Shown here piece by piece: positions 39,361 to 49,727 of a stretch of 64,000 nucleotides of DNA (its first letter is position 1; each line of letters starts with the position of its first letter). The notes under the pieces were generated by a model. It saw nothing but the letters and a program-made list of their open reading frames with translations. It was not told the origin of the DNA and searched no databases. Origin of the DNA: an uncultured Gemmatimonadales bacterium. Its GTDB lineage: Bacteria; Gemmatimonadota; Gemmatimonadetes; Longimicrobiales; Longimicrobiaceae. The position numbers were made by a program, and so were the translations under genes. Location of the stretch: assembly GCA_963716255.1 (NCBI GenBank), contig OY970303.1, positions 3,488,001 to 3,552,000 of the forward strand, in the 5' to 3' direction.

Positions 39361-39708
39361 ATGGAGAAGAAGGGCAAGAAGGGATTCCGTGGCTATCCCA
39401 TCGGGACGGTCGCCTTTTACGGACCGGACAACAAGCGGGCGACCAAGGTGGTCGCCACCGTCGTGCCAGGGGAGAACCAGGAGCTGACCAACCTACGGAG
39501 GAGGTTCAACGATCAGCTGGACGTGCGGGTCGACTCCCGGATTGGCGCGGAAGTCTTCGCCTTCCTGCGACGCCATGGGGTCCGGTCGGTCGTGGTCACG
39601 AGCGGGATCTTCGGCTGCCCGCACGAGGAAGGGATCGACTATCCCGAGGGCGAGGCGTGCCCACAGTGCCCGTTCTGGGCGGGCAGGGACCGCTTCGCGG
39701 AGCTGTAG
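39361..39708 (+). CDS. Hypothetical protein with a probable Cys/His metal site
   Basis: GFRGYPIGTVAFYGPD..ATKV; GCPHEEGIDYPEGEACPQCPFW. Confidence 0.75.
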   Translation: MEKKGKKGFRGYPIGTVAFYGPDNKRATKVVATVVPGENQELTNLRRRFNDQLDVRVDSRIGAEVFAFLRRHGVRSVVVTSGIFGCPHEEGIDYPEGEACPQCPFWAGRDRFAEL

Positions 39709-39792
39709 GCCGATCCCGCGACACTCGGGACTGCCTCACGAAGTAGCAACGCCCCGGCCATAGGCCATCCCCCGTGCCGGGGCGCCTGCGTG

Positions 39793-40248
39793 CTACGGAA
39801 GCGCTTCCGCCGCCTTCAGTACCTCCACGGTGTCGCTCTCGGTGCACTCCGGGCTCCCCTGGCACGAATCGGCCGCCACGGCGCCGGGCCCCAGCGTGAT
39901 CCGCACGCGCCTGCCCACCAGCTCCCGCCGCTCGCACAGCTCGAACGGGGCGATCCGGTCGAAGCGCGCGCCGCCCTCATCCTCCAGCACCACGTAGCAG
40001 CCGCGGTCGCCGTCGGTGAGGCTGCGCACCACTGCGGTGTCCTGGCGCGGCCGGCCCGGCGCCGCAGGCGGAGCGGAGATTGGAGCCGAGTCCTGGGCGG
40101 GGATGCTCGCGACGGCAGTGTCCGCGGCGACGGGAGATGCGGATGCCGTCGACGCAGCGGGCTCGCGGGCTGGCTGCTCGCCGCGGCAGGCGCAGAGCAG
40201 CAGGCCCAGGCAGAGCAGGGCGCACGGCGCCGGGCGCCGGTACGTCAC
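39793..40248 (-). CDS. Hypothetical lipoprotein
   Basis: GTG overlapping the upstream stop; LLLCAC lipobox; GDRGCY, FELC, SCQGSPEC. Confidence 0.7.
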   Translation of the reverse strand: MTYRRPAPCALLCLGLLLCACRGEQPAREPAASTASASPVAADTAVASIPAQDSAPISAPPAAPGRPRQDTAVVRSLTDGDRGCYVVLEDEGGARFDRIAPFELCERRELVGRRVRITLGPGAVAADSCQGSPECTESDTVEVLKAAEALP

Positions 40249-40892
40249 GCGGGACCCGGCGGACGGCGCGCGGCGACGATCTCCGCCACCTCGCGGTCGC
40301 CGGCGCGGGGCGAGGCGGCCAGCCCCCGCACCACGCCGTCGATGTCCGCGGCCGGGCGGTTCTGGCTCATCTTCCACTTCCCTTCGACGCGCGTGATCGC
40401 GACCTCCACGCCGACGATCGCCCGCTCCAGCCCGGCGACGTACTCCGCCGGCGCGTCCCCCACCGCCCACGGCCGTTCGCGCCCGGCCTCGTGCCGCGCG
40501 GTCAGCTCTTCCAGGTGGCGGCGCAGGAACGCGCCGTCCTCCACGAAGCGGAGCGCGCCGTGGACGTGCACCGCCACGTAGTTCCAGGTGGGGACCACGC
40601 GGCCGTGCTCGGCCTTTGCCGGGTACCACGACGGGGACACGTAGGCGTCCGGGCCCGGGAAGATGACCAGCGCCTCGCCGGCCGCCGGCTCCAGGCGGTG
40701 GTGCGGGTTGGCGCGCGCCACGTGGCCTTCCAGCACCCCGTGCGCCCCACGCCCGCGGTGCAGCACGAGCGGCAGGTGCGTGGCGAAGAGCCCGTCGGCG
40801 GACGCCGTGACGAGCGCCCCCAGCGGGTGCGCCTCGATGAAGTCGAAGAGGACCTCGGGGCGGTGCTCGGCGTTGGAGGGTGGGATGTACAT
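40245..40892 (-). CDS. FMN-binding negative transcriptional regulator (PaiB family)
   Basis: MYIPP, ATHLP, GHVARANP, AYVSPSWY, VPTWNYVAVH, KWKMSQNR. Confidence 0.92.
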   Translation of the reverse strand: MYIPPSNAEHRPEVLFDFIEAHPLGALVTASADGLFATHLPLVLHRGRGAHGVLEGHVARANPHHRLEPAAGEALVIFPGPDAYVSPSWYPAKAEHGRVVPTWNYVAVHVHGALRFVEDGAFLRRHLEELTARHEAGRERPWAVGDAPAEYVAGLERAIVGVEVAITRVEGKWKMSQNRPAADIDGVVRGLAASPRAGDREVAEIVAARRPPGPA

Positions 40893-40900
40893 GGATCCCG

Positions 40901-41584
40901 TCAGGCGGGGGCGGGACCCTGCCACACGAACACCTCGGCGCAGCGCGAGCAGCTGTACGACCCCTCCCACTGCTGGTGGAGCGCAGGGTAGACCTGGTTG
41001 TTGTAGTGCGACGAGCCATACGCCCACATGCCGCCCAGCGCCGCTACAATCGCTCCGATGACGGCGGCCACGACGCTCCCCTGGAATCCCGCGAGGAGGA
41101 GCACGACCCCCATCAGGATCATGATGATCGGCCCGCCGAGCGAGCGCTCCTCGGGCGGTGCAGCGCCCATGGAGGCCAGGCTCTGTTGCGTGCCACCTGT
41201 CCTGGCGCCGCCCACCGCCATCCCGTCGTCCCCAAACCCGACGCCCGCCGTGCCGGTCTTCACCACGGCCAGCCCCTCGCGGTAGATCAGGCTGAGCCTG
41301 CGCACGTGCTCGGAGCCGCACTTGGGGCAGTGCAGCAGCGAGGCGGCGGCGGTGTGCACCCGCATCACCGGGACGCCGTCCTGCGGGGCCGCCGGAACCA
41401 CCGCATGCTGCGCGGCGGCGAGCGCCTGCGTCGCGTGCGGCAGCGCGACGGCGTGCTGCCTGGCTTCCTGCACGGCGGACTGGGGCGCGCCGTCCTCGGC
41501 GTGCGGCGGGCACCCGCAGTTGGGGCAGGCGGCGGCGCGGGTGCTTACGTTGCGGCCGCAGTCGGGGCAGGGGATGAGAGCCAT
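40901..41584 (-). CDS. Zinc-ribbon membrane protein
   Basis: CPDC..CPNC N-terminal ribbon; CPKC...CSRC split around two TM helices. Confidence 0.8.
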   Translation of the reverse strand: MALIPCPDCGRNVSTRAAACPNCGCPPHAEDGAPQSAVQEARQHAVALPHATQALAAAQHAVVPAAPQDGVPVMRVHTAAASLLHCPKCGSEHVRRLSLIYREGLAVVKTGTAGVGFGDDGMAVGGARTGGTQQSLASMGAAPPEERSLGGPIIMILMGVVLLLAGFQGSVVAAVIGAIVAALGGMWAYGSSHYNNQVYPALHQQWEGSYSCSRCAEVFVWQGPAPA

Positions 41585-41701
41585 CGCGAGAAAACCTTGG
41601 GGGGAAGGGCCGCGGAGGGAGCGGACGGGACAAAGCTACAGACGGGTTGGGCCCATCTCAAGGGAACGCGGGAGGTACGGGCGGCACGTGGCCCCGGGAG
41701 G

Positions 41702-41932
41702 CTACGGAAGGAACAGCGCAAGCGCCAGCCGGGGCCAGCGGCTGCGGACCGCGCCGAGCAGGAAGTCCAGCCCCAGCACGAGGACGACGGCGGCGGCGAG
41801 GGCCGCCTGCCAGTCCAGGGCGGCGCTCGTCCCCAGGATGACGGCGGCGAGCCCGACGAAGAGCACGCCGAGCGCCCCGGCGAACGTGCGGGCAAACGGG
41901 GTCATGGGGGTGGACGGCGTCATGGCGCTCAC
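41702..41932 (-). CDS. Small two-TM membrane protein
   Basis: Two hydrophobic helices. Confidence 0.6.
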   Translation of the reverse strand: MSAMTPSTPMTPFARTFAGALGVLFVGLAAVILGTSAALDWQAALAAAVVLVLGLDFLLGAVRSRWPRLALALFLP

Positions 41933-42003
41933 CTGGATCTGCGTGGACGGACCGGCACTCCGGGCACTACGCGGCGGCGGGGGCGGCGGGTTTCACAGGG
42001 AGC

Positions 42004-42053
42004 CTGCGTTACGGAGCCGCAGCCCGACCCCGGCGCCAGCCGGGGGCACGCCC
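42004..42053 (+). repeat. Dispersed multi-stem element, truncated copy H (3' part)
   Basis: CTGCGTTACGGAGCCGCAGCCCGACCCCGGCGCCAGCCGGGGGCACGCCC. Confidence 0.85.
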
Positions 42054-42139
42054 GGACCCTGCCGTGTCCTGGAAAACGACGAAGCGGGCACCCCCCGCGA
42101 GGAAGGCACCCGCCCCGACCCTGCCGCCCGCCGCGAAAG

Positions 42140-43453
42140 CTACACCGTGAGCTCCTGCTCCTGCGGCCGAGCCGCCAGCAGGTCGCGGTCCACCTTCACC
42201 AGCTCCTGCCCCAGCCCCAGGTCGCGGTACGCTTCGCGCGCCTGCTCCAGGTACGCCTCCGCCTCGGGGAGGCGGCCGCAGGCAAGGTGCAGCAGGCCGT
42301 AGTCGTGGTACACGCCCGCCTCCTTGACCGCTGGAAGCCCCCGCTCGCGGCACACGTTCAGCGCCTGCTCGTAGAAGACGAAGCCCTCCTCGTCGGCGCG
42401 CGCCCGCGCGATCCTGCCGAAGAGGCCGTACACCTCCACCAGCTGCGGGATGTAGCGGTGGGCGATGGCCACCTCCTCCGCGTGGCGCGCCTCCTCCTCC
42501 GCCTCGAAGAAGCGCTCCTGCCGCACCAGCGCGTCCCCCAGGTTCACGCGCAGCAGGATCTCCCAGAAGGGGTTGTGGCAGCGCTCCAGCCCCTCGCGGA
42601 ACATGGCCTCGGCCCCCAGCGCGTCGCCTCCCTCCAGCAGGATCAGCCCCCGGTTGTTGAACCAGTAGAGCATCGCCCCCTCGTCGCCCGTGGCCTCGAT
42701 GCAGACCCGCGCGCGACCCAGGAAGTCCTCGGCGCGGGACAGCTCGCCGCGGTTCATCGCCAGGATGGACAGGTTGGCGTGGAAGGGCCACTCCAGCTCC
42801 GGGTCGCGCAGCGCGCGGGCCAGCTTGAGGCCGCGCTCGTACCAGGTCCACGCCTGCTCCCGCTGCCCCCGGTCGTCGCACAGGTTTCCCAGCCCCTGGC
42901 AGCCGACGGCCTGCCCGGCCAGGTCCATCTCGTCCACCGCCAGCAGGTAGCTCTGCTCGTACCACACCCACGCCTCGTCCAGGCGCCCCGCCACGCGGGT
43001 GACGCGCCCCAGCCGCCGCAGCGCCAGCACCTGCGGGCCCTTCTCGCGCAGGTTGCCGGCGATCTCCAGGGCCAGGCCGTAGATGCGCTCCGCCTTGTCC
43101 AGGCGGCGGTCCTCCTCCTCCATCTGCCCGGCCTGCACCAGCGTGGCCGCGGCCGCCGCGAGGTCCCCGTCCTCCTGCTTCTGGATGGCCTCCAGCACCA
43201 GGTCGAAGAGGCGCCGCAGCCGCTGCTGGGCGCGCTCGGCCAGCTGGGGGATCAGCGCCCGCAGCCCCGCCGGGTCCACCACGCGCTTTCCCACGGTGGC
43301 GTACGCGCCCGAGCGCGCCCACACCTTGTCCGCGTCGATCCGGGAGGTCCCGATCACCGCGTCGCTGAGCGGCCGGAACTCTTCCGAGTCGGGGATCAGG
43401 GCGAGCGCCCGCTCCACGAGGAGGTGCGACGGCATCAGGGTTCGTGACTGCAT
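42140..43453 (-). CDS. TPR protein (MalT/RRNPP-like TPR solenoid, no HTH)
   Basis: About 8 TPR-like repeats (LGRVTRVAGRLDEAWVWYEQS, NLSILAMNRGELSRAEDFL, NNRGLILLEGGD). Confidence 0.85.
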   Translation of the reverse strand: MQSRTLMPSHLLVERALALIPDSEEFRPLSDAVIGTSRIDADKVWARSGAYATVGKRVVDPAGLRALIPQLAERAQQRLRRLFDLVLEAIQKQEDGDLAAAAATLVQAGQMEEEDRRLDKAERIYGLALEIAGNLREKGPQVLALRRLGRVTRVAGRLDEAWVWYEQSYLLAVDEMDLAGQAVGCQGLGNLCDDRGQREQAWTWYERGLKLARALRDPELEWPFHANLSILAMNRGELSRAEDFLGRARVCIEATGDEGAMLYWFNNRGLILLEGGDALGAEAMFREGLERCHNPFWEILLRVNLGDALVRQERFFEAEEEARHAEEVAIAHRYIPQLVEVYGLFGRIARARADEEGFVFYEQALNVCRERGLPAVKEAGVYHDYGLLHLACGRLPEAEAYLEQAREAYRDLGLGQELVKVDRDLLAARPQEQELTV

Positions 43454-43484
43454 GCGGGATGAGGGGCGGCGGGCGGACCCGCCG

Positions 43485-44093
43485 TCAGCCCCCCGCCATG
43501 GTGTACGCGCCGCGGGCGCAGTACATGGAGAAGTGGGGCGTGGTGGAGGAGAGCCGCTTGCCGTTGGGGCTCACCGTGCCGCCCAGCGAGGTCCAGCCGC
43601 CGTTCTCCCAGCGGCCCACTTCGATCCCGCCCCCCAGCGGAAGCGCCACTCCCTGAAGGGGGAAGGTCAGGGTGACGGGGGTGTTGAACTGCACGCCGTG
43701 CGGCAGGAACTCCGCGATCACCCGCTTCCCCAGGACCGGGTCCGCGGGAAGGTTGATGGTGACCACGGTGTCCTGCGGGAGCGCGCCGGCCGGGATGTCC
43801 ACCCGGAATCCGTCCAGCTCCACGAAACCGCCGGTGCTGGCGCTGATCCGCTTGCTCGCGGTGCGCGTGCCCGACAGGTCGGGGAGCGCCGCGAACTCCA
43901 GCACGCCGTCCAGGCTCACCAGCTCCACGCCGAGCAGGCTCGTCACCGGTTCCAGCACCGGAGCCAGCACCCGTTCCAGGCCGAGCAGCGCGGCCGGGGC
44001 GGGCTCGGGCGCGAGCGGCGTGGCCGCGCGGTCGGAGCAGCCGGCCAGCGCGAACAGGAATGCGAAGATCGGGACCCGAAAGCGGCGGTTCAT
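43485..44093 (-). CDS. Lipoprotein with a ZU5-like beta domain and C-terminal R-GAYTMAGG tail
   Basis: LAGC lipobox; GGFVEL..RVDIPAGAL..ITI..EFLPHGVQF..PVTL..HFS.Y. Confidence 0.75.
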   Translation of the reverse strand: MNRRFRVPIFAFLFALAGCSDRAATPLAPEPAPAALLGLERVLAPVLEPVTSLLGVELVSLDGVLEFAALPDLSGTRTASKRISASTGGFVELDGFRVDIPAGALPQDTVVTINLPADPVLGKRVIAEFLPHGVQFNTPVTLTFPLQGVALPLGGGIEVGRWENGGWTSLGGTVSPNGKRLSSTTPHFSMYCARGAYTMAGG

Positions 44094-44139
44094 CGGTGGC
44101 CTCTCGCCGGTGGAGAACGGGGTGGTCACCCGTTTCACA

Positions 44140-44243
44140 GGCAGGTGCCGTGCCGCTCATGTTCCGCGGAAAACCCAGCAGCGGCGCGGTTTTACGCGCC
44201 CCATCCCGGGCGCGGGCTCCGGCCGCTGCACCAAAATGGTGAA
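44140..44243 (-). promoter_or_regulatory. Sigma54 promoter with an upstream NtrC-type enhancer box
   Basis: Minus strand CGGCACG-GCAC-CTGCC (44155-44140); TGCACCAAAATGGTGAA at 44227-44243. Confidence 0.65.
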
Positions 44244-44252
44244 GGCTCACCG

Positions 44253-45614
<1,362 letters not shown>

Positions 45615-45712
45615 GCGGTCGGGTGCGAGGGGTTGTGGACGGGGCTTTCCCAAACTTGGGGAGACGGCGCCGGGCGCGCAACGGGGACTGCACAAAAAAA
45701 GTGCGGAGACGG

Positions 45713-45764
45713 CAGGGAACAGGGAACAGGGAACAGGGAACAGGGAACAGGGAACAGGGAACAG
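45713..45764 (+). repeat. Heptamer tandem repeat (CAGGGAA)x7
   Basis: Seven perfect units plus CAG. Confidence 0.9.
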
Positions 45765-45832
45765 CCGGCAAAGACGACCGGCGGTACGTAGCGTCCTGCC
45801 GGGCCGGTGCCGTTCCGTCGTATCCCCCACAA

Positions 45833-45972
45833 GATGGTCGGGGTGAGACAGCCGGGCAGTTTCGGCTGGCTCACCCCGGCGGAGGGAAACCCGCCGGCTG
45901 TTTGGCGGGGTTCCCGGAGCCCGCGGAGGAGACCGGCGGGGCTGTTTCCGCCGGGCTCCGCAGCGGCCCCCT
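45833..45972 (+). repeat. Triple-hairpin array 2 (GARAC-stem-GGCWGTTT-stem-GGYTC x3)
   Basis: Hairpins at 45840-45877, 45884-45915 and 45928-45959; same flanks as array 1 (TGCCGTTC upstream, AGCGGCCCC downstream). Confidence 0.8.
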
Positions 45973-45986
45973 CCCTGAAGCTTACG

Positions 45987-47429
45987 TCACCGCAGCGCCC
46001 GCGCCGCCTTGACCGCCGCGTTGGCGTCCACGAAGCCGGCGCCCACCTCCCACTGCGCGAAGTCGGTGAGCCTGCGGGCGGTGGAGGTCAGGATGGCGAG
46101 CGCCTGGTCCGGGGTCAGCCGGCCGCCGGAAGCTTCCTCCATGAGGGCGACCACGCCGGCCACGGCCGGCGAGGACATGGAGGTGCCCGACATGCAGGTG
46201 TAGTTCTTAAGGTTCTGGATGCCGATGTTGCAGCCGCCCAGGTCGGAGGTGGCGCCCAGGAGCGGGACCACGCCGGTGAAGGCGCGGGTGGAAACGATGT
46301 TCACGCCCGGGGCGGTGACGTCCGGGTGGTAGATGGGGTCGCCGGGGACGCCGCGCGAGGAAAAGTCCGCCAGCACGCCGCCGCGGCCGTCCGCGCACGA
46401 AGCGGCGGAGCCGGTGGGGTCCAGCACCCCGATCTTGCACCCGGCCGCCACGGAGATGACCGAGGGGTTCGCGCTGTGGGAGTTGAGGGTGTTCTCGTCC
46501 GGCCCGTCGTTGCCGGCGGCGAAGACCACGGTGATCCCGGCGTCGTGCAGCCGGGTCATGGCCTCGTTCACCGGGTCGGCCGGGTCGAAGGTCCCGGTGC
46601 CGCCCCAGGAGTTGTTCACCACCTGCACGTTGTACTCGTCGCCGTGCTCCAGCAGCCAGTCCACGGCCTGGAGCACCGAGATGTACACCACGCTCGTCGC
46701 CTCGCCGGCGCTGAGCCCCACCAGGTGCGCGCCGGGGGCCACGCCGCGGTAGGCGCCGTAGGTGCTGGCGCCGCTCCCGGCGGCGATGCCGGCGACGTGG
46801 GTGCCGTGGCCGCTGGTGTTGTCGGTGCTCGGCAGGTTGGCCACGAACAGCTCGCCGCCCAGGCGGGGCAGGGCGGTGGTGTCCTCGGTGAAGGAGGACA
46901 GGTTGGCGATGAACTTGACGTTCTGCACCGTCTTGGTGCCGTAGGCCACGTCCGGGTTGCGGCCGTCGATGCCGCTGTCCAGGATGGCGATGCCGATTCC
47001 CTTGCCCGTCACGCCGGCGGCGTGCGCCAGGTCGGCGCGCATGGCGGCGACGCTCTCGCGCAGCAGCAGCGGCCGGCTGCGGTTTGCGTACACCCCCTGC
47101 ACCCCGGGCAGCCCGGCCAGCCGCAGCACCTGCGCCGGGGTGGCCAGCGCCAGGAACATGGACAGGTGCCGGAACTCGATGACGCCGGCGCCCAGCAAGC
47201 GGGCGGCGCGCGACACGCCGGAGGCGGAGGCGCGCGCCGGGTCGTAGTTGACGATCACGGTGAGCCTGTCCAGCGGCGCGGCGGCGGCGAGCACCGCGGA
47301 GAGGGCCGGGTCCAGCGCCGACACGGAGGCCGCCGGGGCGGCGGGTGCGGGCGGCGCCGCGGTGGGCACGGTGTCCTGGCAGCCGGCCAGCCCCAGGGCG
47401 CAGGCGGCGGCAAAGAGGGTGCGCTTCAT
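45987..47429 (-). CDS. S8 (subtilisin-like) serine protease lipoprotein, paralog 1
   Basis: LAGC lipobox; [24 protein letters not shown]. Confidence 0.95.
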   Translation of the reverse strand: MKRTLFAAACALGLAGCQDTVPTAAPPAPAAPAASVSALDPALSAVLAAAAPLDRLTVIVNYDPARASASGVSRAARLLGAGVIEFRHLSMFLALATPAQVLRLAGLPGVQGVYANRSRPLLLRESVAAMRADLAHAAGVTGKGIGIAILDSGIDGRNPDVAYGTKTVQNVKFIANLSSFTEDTTALPRLGGELFVANLPSTDNTSGHGTHVAGIAAGSGASTYGAYRGVAPGAHLVGLSAGEATSVVYISVLQAVDWLLEHGDEYNVQVVNNSWGGTGTFDPADPVNEAMTRLHDAGITVVFAAGNDGPDENTLNSHSANPSVISVAAGCKIGVLDPTGSAASCADGRGGVLADFSSRGVPGDPIYHPDVTAPGVNIVSTRAFTGVVPLLGATSDLGGCNIGIQNLKNYTCMSGTSMSSPAVAGVVALMEEASGGRLTPDQALAILTSTARRLTDFAQWEVGAGFVDANAAVKAARALR

Positions 47430-47521
47430 GGCTCGTCTTCCGTCGAGGGTCGTTGCGGGTGCGGCCGCGGCCGGAGTGCGGCGGCCTGGTGTCTCTTCTC
47501 TCTTCGCCGCCGCGGCGGCGC

Positions 47522-47794
47522 TCACCGGATCCACGTCCACCCCCTTCGCCGGAGGGAAGCGATCTCCCGCGCCTGAGCCGGGGTGGCCAGGGGTGCGCGC
47601 GTCGCCGGGTGCCGGTGCTCCACCGTGTCGGCATCCGGCCGCCGCACCTCGCGGGAGACCGCGGGGGTTCCTGTCCGGGTGGGATCCAGGGTGACCGGCG
47701 CGATCGGCCGGTCGGCGGGAACCGCTGTCGCCACGGCGACCCGGCAGGCGGCGAGCCCGAGGGCGCAGGCGTTGGCGATCACCAGGTGTCTCAT
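47522..47794 (-). pseudogene. Probable remnant of a third S8 paralog (signal peptide and N-terminus only)
   Basis: MRHLVIANACALGLAAC...TAVP...LDP resembles [17 protein letters not shown]...TAAP...LDP. Confidence 0.45.
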
Positions 47795-47879
47795 CGTCGT
47801 CGGTCCGGTGTCCGTCGGTTCCGGGGGAGGGGCCGCCGCCCGGCGAAGGGCGGCGGCCGGTTTCCGTTGTCCTTTCCGC

Positions 47880-49346
47880 CTAGCGGCGGACGGCTTTCAC
47901 CGCCGCCAGGGCGTCCACGTAGCCGGCGCCCTGCTCCCACTCGGCGTAGCCGGCGAGCGGCCGCGCGGTGCGGGTGAGCTGGCGGTATGCCTGATCCGGG
48001 GTGAGGCGCCCGCGGCTGGCCTCCTCCATCAGGGCGATGATCCCCGTGATCACCGGCGCGGCCATGGAGGTGCCCGAGGCGCAGGTGAAGTGGTCGAAGT
48101 GCTGCACGCTGACCTGGCAGTCCCCCACGTCGCTGGGCAGGTCGGTGGAGTTCATCACCAGCCCCAGGGCGGCGCGCGTGGACACGATGTTGGCGCCGGG
48201 AGCGGTGATGTCCGGGTGCACGCGCGGGTCGCCGGGAATGCCGCGCGAGGAGAAGGCGGCCAGCACCGGCGCGCGCCCGGCGTTGCTCGCGTCCTCGCAC
48301 AGCGAGACGGAGTGGGTGGGATCGGCCACGTACAGCTTGCACCCGGCCGCGACGCTGATGACCCAGGGGGCGGCACTGTAGGGGTTGAGGGTGTTCTGGC
48401 CCGGCCCGCTGTTCCCCGCCGCGAACACCACGGCGATCCCGGCGTCGTAGACCTTTTTCGTGGCGCGGTTGACCGGGTCCTCGGGGTCGTACGCGCCCTC
48501 GATCCCCCAGGAGTTGTTGACCACCTGGATGTTGTACTTCTCGTGGTGCTCCAGGATGTAGTCGAAGCCGGCGAGCGTCCACAGCACGAAGAGCGCGTCG
48601 CCCGTGCCGATTCCCACCACGTGCGCGTCCGGCGCGACGCCCCTGTAGATGCCGTCCGACGAGCCGGCGCCGCTCCCCGCCGCGATCCCCGCCACGTGCG
48701 TCCCGTGCCCGGTGGAGGTCTCGCTGTTGGGAAGGTTCTCCACGAACAGGTCGGCGCCCACCGCCGGGGTGCCGGGGTCGAAGGTCACCAGCTCCCGCAT
48801 GTCGGCCGCCACCTTGACGTTCTGCACCGTCTTGGTGCCGTAGGCCAGGCCGGGGTTGTACTGGCCGTCCACGCCGCTGTCCAGGATGGCGATGCCCACG
48901 CCCTTGCCGGTGTAGCCCGCCGCGTGCACCTGGTTGGCGCCCACGCTCTGCACCGCCTCGCGCAGCAGGTAGTGGAGCTGCCGGTTGGCGTACAGCGAGG
49001 TTACGCCGGGAAGCCCGCGGATGGAGGCGATCTGCGCCGGGGTGGCGAGCGTCGCCACCACCGGGAGGTGCTTGAAGGTGATGATCCCCGCGCCGGTGCC
49101 CAGGATGCGGTCGCCCAGGGCGGTGCTGGTGGTCTGCGTCTCGTCGAAGTTGACGATCACCTCCAGCCGTGACAGCGGGGAGGCGAGGTTCAGTGCGGTG
49201 GTGAGCGCCGGGTCCAGCCGGGCGCCGGGGAGCCCCAGGATGCGGGCGCCGCTTTCCGCGGGCGCGGTGAGGGCAGCGGTCCCGGACTGGTCCCGGCATG
49301 CGGCTGCGGCGAGCGCGCAGAGCGTCAGGGCGATCCACCTCTTCAT
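47880..49346 (-). CDS. S8 serine protease lipoprotein, paralog 2
   Basis: GGAGG RBS; AAAC lipobox; [24 protein letters not shown]. Confidence 0.95.
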   Translation of the reverse strand: MKRWIALTLCALAAAACRDQSGTAALTAPAESGARILGLPGARLDPALTTALNLASPLSRLEVIVNFDETQTTSTALGDRILGTGAGIITFKHLPVVATLATPAQIASIRGLPGVTSLYANRQLHYLLREAVQSVGANQVHAAGYTGKGVGIAILDSGVDGQYNPGLAYGTKTVQNVKVAADMRELVTFDPGTPAVGADLFVENLPNSETSTGHGTHVAGIAAGSGAGSSDGIYRGVAPDAHVVGIGTGDALFVLWTLAGFDYILEHHEKYNIQVVNNSWGIEGAYDPEDPVNRATKKVYDAGIAVVFAAGNSGPGQNTLNPYSAAPWVISVAAGCKLYVADPTHSVSLCEDASNAGRAPVLAAFSSRGIPGDPRVHPDITAPGANIVSTRAALGLVMNSTDLPSDVGDCQVSVQHFDHFTCASGTSMAAPVITGIIALMEEASRGRLTPDQAYRQLTRTARPLAGYAEWEQGAGYVDALAAVKAVRR

Positions 49347-49615
49347 CGTTGCCTCCATGTGCGGGCGTGTGGACTGCGGCCTCTGCCGGCCCGCCGGAAA
49401 GGCAAGCGGGGGACCGGATGGCACGCGCTCCCCGCCGCCCTCCGCGGGCGGCCGGACGGCGACCGCGCGGCTCCAGGGGTGGAGCGGGGGTAAGTGTCTG
49501 CGGAGAAATTCGTTGGCAGGGAGCGGTGCGCGAAGTGTTTCCCGGCCGGCGGGGGTGCCGGGTATCCGGGAGGTTGCGCGGCGCACCGTTGGATGCTTTC
49601 TTGTAGGAGGAGTTC

Positions 49616-49677
49616 TGCACAAAAAATGTGAAAACCCTTTCACCATTCCGGGGCGCGCACCGCCCAAAATTGGTGAT
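49616..49677. promoter_or_regulatory. Cluster of NtrC-type 17-bp boxes in the divergent S8/kinase intergenic region
   Basis: TGCACAAAAAATGTGAA (49616), TTCACCATTCCGGGGCG (49639), CGCCCAAAATTGGTGAT (49661); compare 44227 and 45689. Confidence 0.5.
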
Positions 49678-49727
49678 GGATCCCGGGGCTCCCCTTGCCC
49701 GCCCCGGGTGAGCCCCGCAGCGATCCC

